A stretch of DNA of 64,000 nt. It comes from Anthoceros angustus. Taxonomy: Eukaryota; Plantae; Anthocerotophyta. Below are positions 60,401-64,000 of this stretch, piece after piece. The position numbers and the translations under genes were made by a program. The stretch covers positions 1 through 64,000 of the forward strand of contig VJWM01000325.1 in assembly GCA_010909165.1 (NCBI GenBank), read 5' to 3'. Each line of letters opens with the position of its first letter. The first letter of the stretch is position 1. The notes beneath the pieces were generated by a model that saw only the letters and a program-made list of their open reading frames with translations, did not search any database and was not told the origin of the DNA.

Positions 60401-62000
60401 TTGGACAAAATTTTGCCTCTAGGTATGGTGCATGGTGCATGTGTGGAGTAGGCATGCGCCTAAAAGAAACTCAACTTAACTAGTATAAAAACTACAACTT
60501 GGATCTCGAACTTCATGACCTAGCCGAGTTTTACCACTTACCAACATTAGGAGACAACAAAACTTTATGATACGCAAATAATGTATATTAATGAAGGTGC
60601 CAATGCTAGCACCCTATGCTCCTATGGTCCCCAGTGGCATGCGGCGTCCTTAAATAGGTTTTCTGGTAGGGTGCACTCCGCATTAACACTAGGGCTACAA
60701 CCACTTGTCGTGCACCCATGCACATTATGACTTACATATATTAGGCCATCGTCACTTGCTTGAGAGAATGAGAAAAAAACACACCACTTTTCACACTTCC
60801 GATCACGCCTTGACCTTGGCGCTCACAAAGATGGTGTCCAACACACAAAACGTATTCAATTGCTATGACTGTGAAAGATAGTTGCGGCCTACAGGCTTGA
60901 GAATAGGGAAGAAACTTGGCGTGTCATGTCTCTCTTCACCGTTCGATTACAAGTAAAATTTGCGATCATGAATATTAGGGCATGGGTAATTTCAAACAAA
61001 TGCTTAGAAAAGCGTTGAAATTTGAAAATAATTTCCATGATTTTGAGCTCAAGACTACGAATTATTAGAATAAGAGAATTTTAAACCAAACCAATTATCT
61101 ATCACTTTTACAACACAAACTATGCTCTCATTTCAATCCATATTACCTGTTCCCTACACGCCGTGATTAAGCATCTTGAGCTTGGATCGGTACTTAGATG
61201 GGGTGCCTAAAGGGAGTGGATGCCCTTGGTGCAAGTAGCTTAGGCACACCATGGTACAAGTTATTAAGTACCAAGTCCCATGACGGAAATCCGTCCTTAG
61301 TGGACTTAAATAAAATTCTTCTTCTTCTTCTACACAATAGGAAAAAGTTACCTTTATCCATATTAATTGCATTCCTACACAATAGGAAAAGTTACCTTTA
61401 AAGGCGTCGGCGTCGGCATCATGCGCCTTTAAAACAGACGAGACCTCTTATTTCTACTTCCCAAGTTTTACCACTTTATTAACTTTCCTCCATATCGAGG
61501 AAGCACAAACTATATATGCAAATGAGGGCGCCGGGCATGCCGGCGCTCTCATGCCCTCATTCTTCTTCTTCTTCTTTTTCTTCATGCCCTTATGCTCCCC
61601 CATGCTCCTTGTTTTTTATAGCCAATCCGGAGAAGCCATCACGGTTCAGGTGGTTTCTTAGCCACTACCTAGGGTGTCTGATCGCCGTTGAGCAGTTCGA
61701 AGAAGCTATTACGGTTCAGGTAGTTTCTCAGCAGAAGAAGGGCGTTTGTCCGACGTCCAACAGTCATTGCCAAAGGCCATGAACCTTGGGCGCCAGCATG
61801 CTGGCGCCCAAGGCACGTAGCCTTTGGGAGTACTTGGGCATTAAACATCTTTCATTACAAAATCCTCAATTTGAAGGCTCATGCTAGATTATCATTACAA
61901 AGTCCTCAACTTGGAAGGATTATTCCGAACGCAAGAGTATATGAGGTCGAAGTTCAAACATAAAAGCCGGGGCGTTTCCTATGTTGGACACCACTTTGTG
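57400..62000. repeat. Duplicated AT-rich non-coding block (~57400-59230 vs ~60150-62000) carrying GC palindromes
   Basis: Long colinear near-identity (e.g. gaaactcaacttaactagtataaaaactacaac at ~57710 and ~60466). GGCATGCCGGCGC motifs at 57684, 57885, 58688, 58809, 61526 and 61786. Confidence 0.85.
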
Positions 62001-64000
62001 CAACTCCCAAGAATCTTCCAAAATGTGATAGCACAACCACTCTTTCAACATTTCTTTTGACTCTTCAGATTTGTCCCTCGGCCTGAGCGCTATGCAAATC
62101 ATGTCACCTGCGACATCCACCCCCACGATATCATTGCGGAAATCTTGTTGTGTCATCGAAAGCCTCGCAATCGGTGGCTCACACACAGGCACCATGACTG
62201 CTCCAACGAGGAAGAATTCTACGTCCTCCAGCTTCCAGATCTCCACCGCCATGCCAACTGTTAGAACCGTGTATAAAGTTCCACGGTGCTCACACAGGCA
62301 TGACCATGGCAACACATGATGACGCCACGCTCGCCGTGGACCTTTGGTGTTGAACCCAAGCTCCTCCGAGGGGCGTCCAAGCTTAAACCATGGCGTGAGG
62401 CGTGTTGGATCGTAAAACCATGGCCGATTGCCAAAATTCAGGCATGGAAATTCAGACCAATTCAAGGACGTCATGGTCGATGGACCTCCTCGCTCGGTAC
62501 CTACGTCAAGAGCATGCATCCATCCTTCTTCCATAGAGACAATGTGGTCGTCAAAACACAGGACTAGGTCTAGCGGATCTTGTCGGGTGTTCATTGTTAG
62601 GTTGAAGAGCACACTTCGCGACCTTTGACCACGCCCCGCATATGTTCCATATCTTCACCCAGTATGTCTGAGGCTCGAACTCGTGGTAACTATAGTGGTA
62701 AGTAAAACACCTGAACCCGCCTTCTCTGCTACCGCACATTCCAGTAGACGGAATATTTTGCATCCGAGGGAGTTGCCCATAGAACCAGTCACGCTGTGAA
62801 AATATCACGGGATGCAAGGGCCCATCGGAAGAAGAAGGCGGTGTGGCCATGGAACCAAGCATGTCTAGACCATAGGATGCACATGTGAGAAAACCAGGCA
62901 TGCATGGCCATGGGCGGAGGAATGCCTAGACCAAGATATCGATATGGGTCGCATGGGCGCGCCCCGAGGAAGTAACGCAGCATGCATGGCTCAAGGCCGG
63001 CCATGGGCCCAAAACACTGCAACTCTGTGTAAGTCTTTGTCAAAACTCAAAATCACGGTGCCATCACATTTCCCCGACTCGAATAAACAAGCGTAGCCAT
63101 CACGTGTATGCCGCAAATGGTGAATTGGGCCGTACACCATCGAGTCATCAACGTCGGGCTCATATCGTCCGGCGAACGCATTAGTACCTCCGGAAGGAAG
63201 GACAAATCCATCTCCGATAGCCCTTTGCCCAAGGACGCGCCTACACTACACACTCACTGCCCGCCTCATTCCCGGATGCTCCAAGACATCATCAAGAAGT
63301 TTCTCCACGGTGCTCACACATGACCATGGCAACACATGATGGCCCACGCTCGCGTGGACCTTTGGTGTTGAACCCAAGCTCCTCCGAGGGGCGTCCAAGC
63401 TTAAACCATGGCGTGAGGCGTGTTGGATCGTAAAACCATGGCCGAGTGCCAAAATTCAGGCATGGAAATTCGGACCAATTCAAGGAGCGTCATGGTCGAT
63501 GGACCTCCTCGCTCGGTACCTACGCCAAGAGCATGCATCCATCCTTCTTCCATAGAGACAATGTGGTACGCCAAAACACGTGACTAGGTCTAAGCGGATC
63601 TTGTCGGTGTTCATTATTAGGTTGAAGAGCACACTTGACCTTTGACCACGCCCCGCATATGTTCCATATCTTCACCCAGTATGTCTGAGGCTCGAACCTC
63701 GTGGTAACTATAGTGGGTAAGTAAAAACACCTTGAACCCGCCTTCTCTGCTACCGCACATTCCAGTAGACGACGAATATTTTGCATCCGAGGGAGTTGCC
63801 CATAGAACTGAGTCACGCCTGTAGAAATATACGGGATGCAAGGGCCCATACGGAAAGAAGAAGGCGTGTGTGGCCCAAGGAACCCAAGCATGTCTAGACC
63901 ATATGGGATGCATGCCCAGCAAACCTGCATGCATGGCCCATGGGCGGAGGAATGCCTAGACCAAGATATCGATATGGGTCGCATGGGCGCCGGCCCCGAG
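61920..64000 (-). CDS. F-box / F-box-associated-like protein gene; fragments repeated (also 59228-59715)
   Basis: 230-aa ORF at 61920-62612 with beta-strand-rich content and a PAFMFELR C-terminus. Candidate F-box motif MDLSFLPEVLMRSP at ~63170-63210. Copies are frameshifted and out of order. Confidence 0.4.

Noticed and set aside
1-64000. rRNA, tRNA or snoRNA genes
   Set aside because: None were recognisable by eye; a tRNAscan-SE or Infernal run would be needed to exclude them.

Overview
Eukaryotic nuclear DNA from a land plant with a compact genome (short introns, about 50% GC). A non-seed plant such as a hornwort or Selaginella is an inference. The window has three parts. (1) 1-4 kb: a tandemly duplicated, unassigned repeat. 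(2) 4.7-24.2 kb: a clean, very dense island of 13 genes (GRX, RPL9, NFD6-like, mitochondrial ferredoxin, DUF4336, NFU4, CSE/MAGL-like lipase, AUG4, NUP50-like, VPS29, TAF10, a bacterial-type ADP-ribosylglycohydrolase, frataxin). (3) 24.5-64 kb: a transposon-rich block full of small indels and roughly 1-kb tandem duplications, probably partly assembly artefact. Block 3 holds the main finding: two diverged copies, tail to tail, of what looks like a large DNA transposon. Each copy carries a Sola-like (DUF7869-type) DDD transposase transcribed divergently from a conserved unknown ORF and from a ParB/Srx-domain + beta-class DNA amino-methyltransferase fusion gene. Motif IV of this MTase reads D[VL]PRG rather than DPPY. 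A perfect GC-rich palindrome, GGGCGCCGGCATGCCGGCGCCC, recurs in one element's subterminal repeats and introns and in the 57-62 kb region. Ty1/copia fragments and an F-box-like gene flank these elements. Coordinates in block 3 are approximate, and intact versus pseudogene status cannot be judged there because of the indels.
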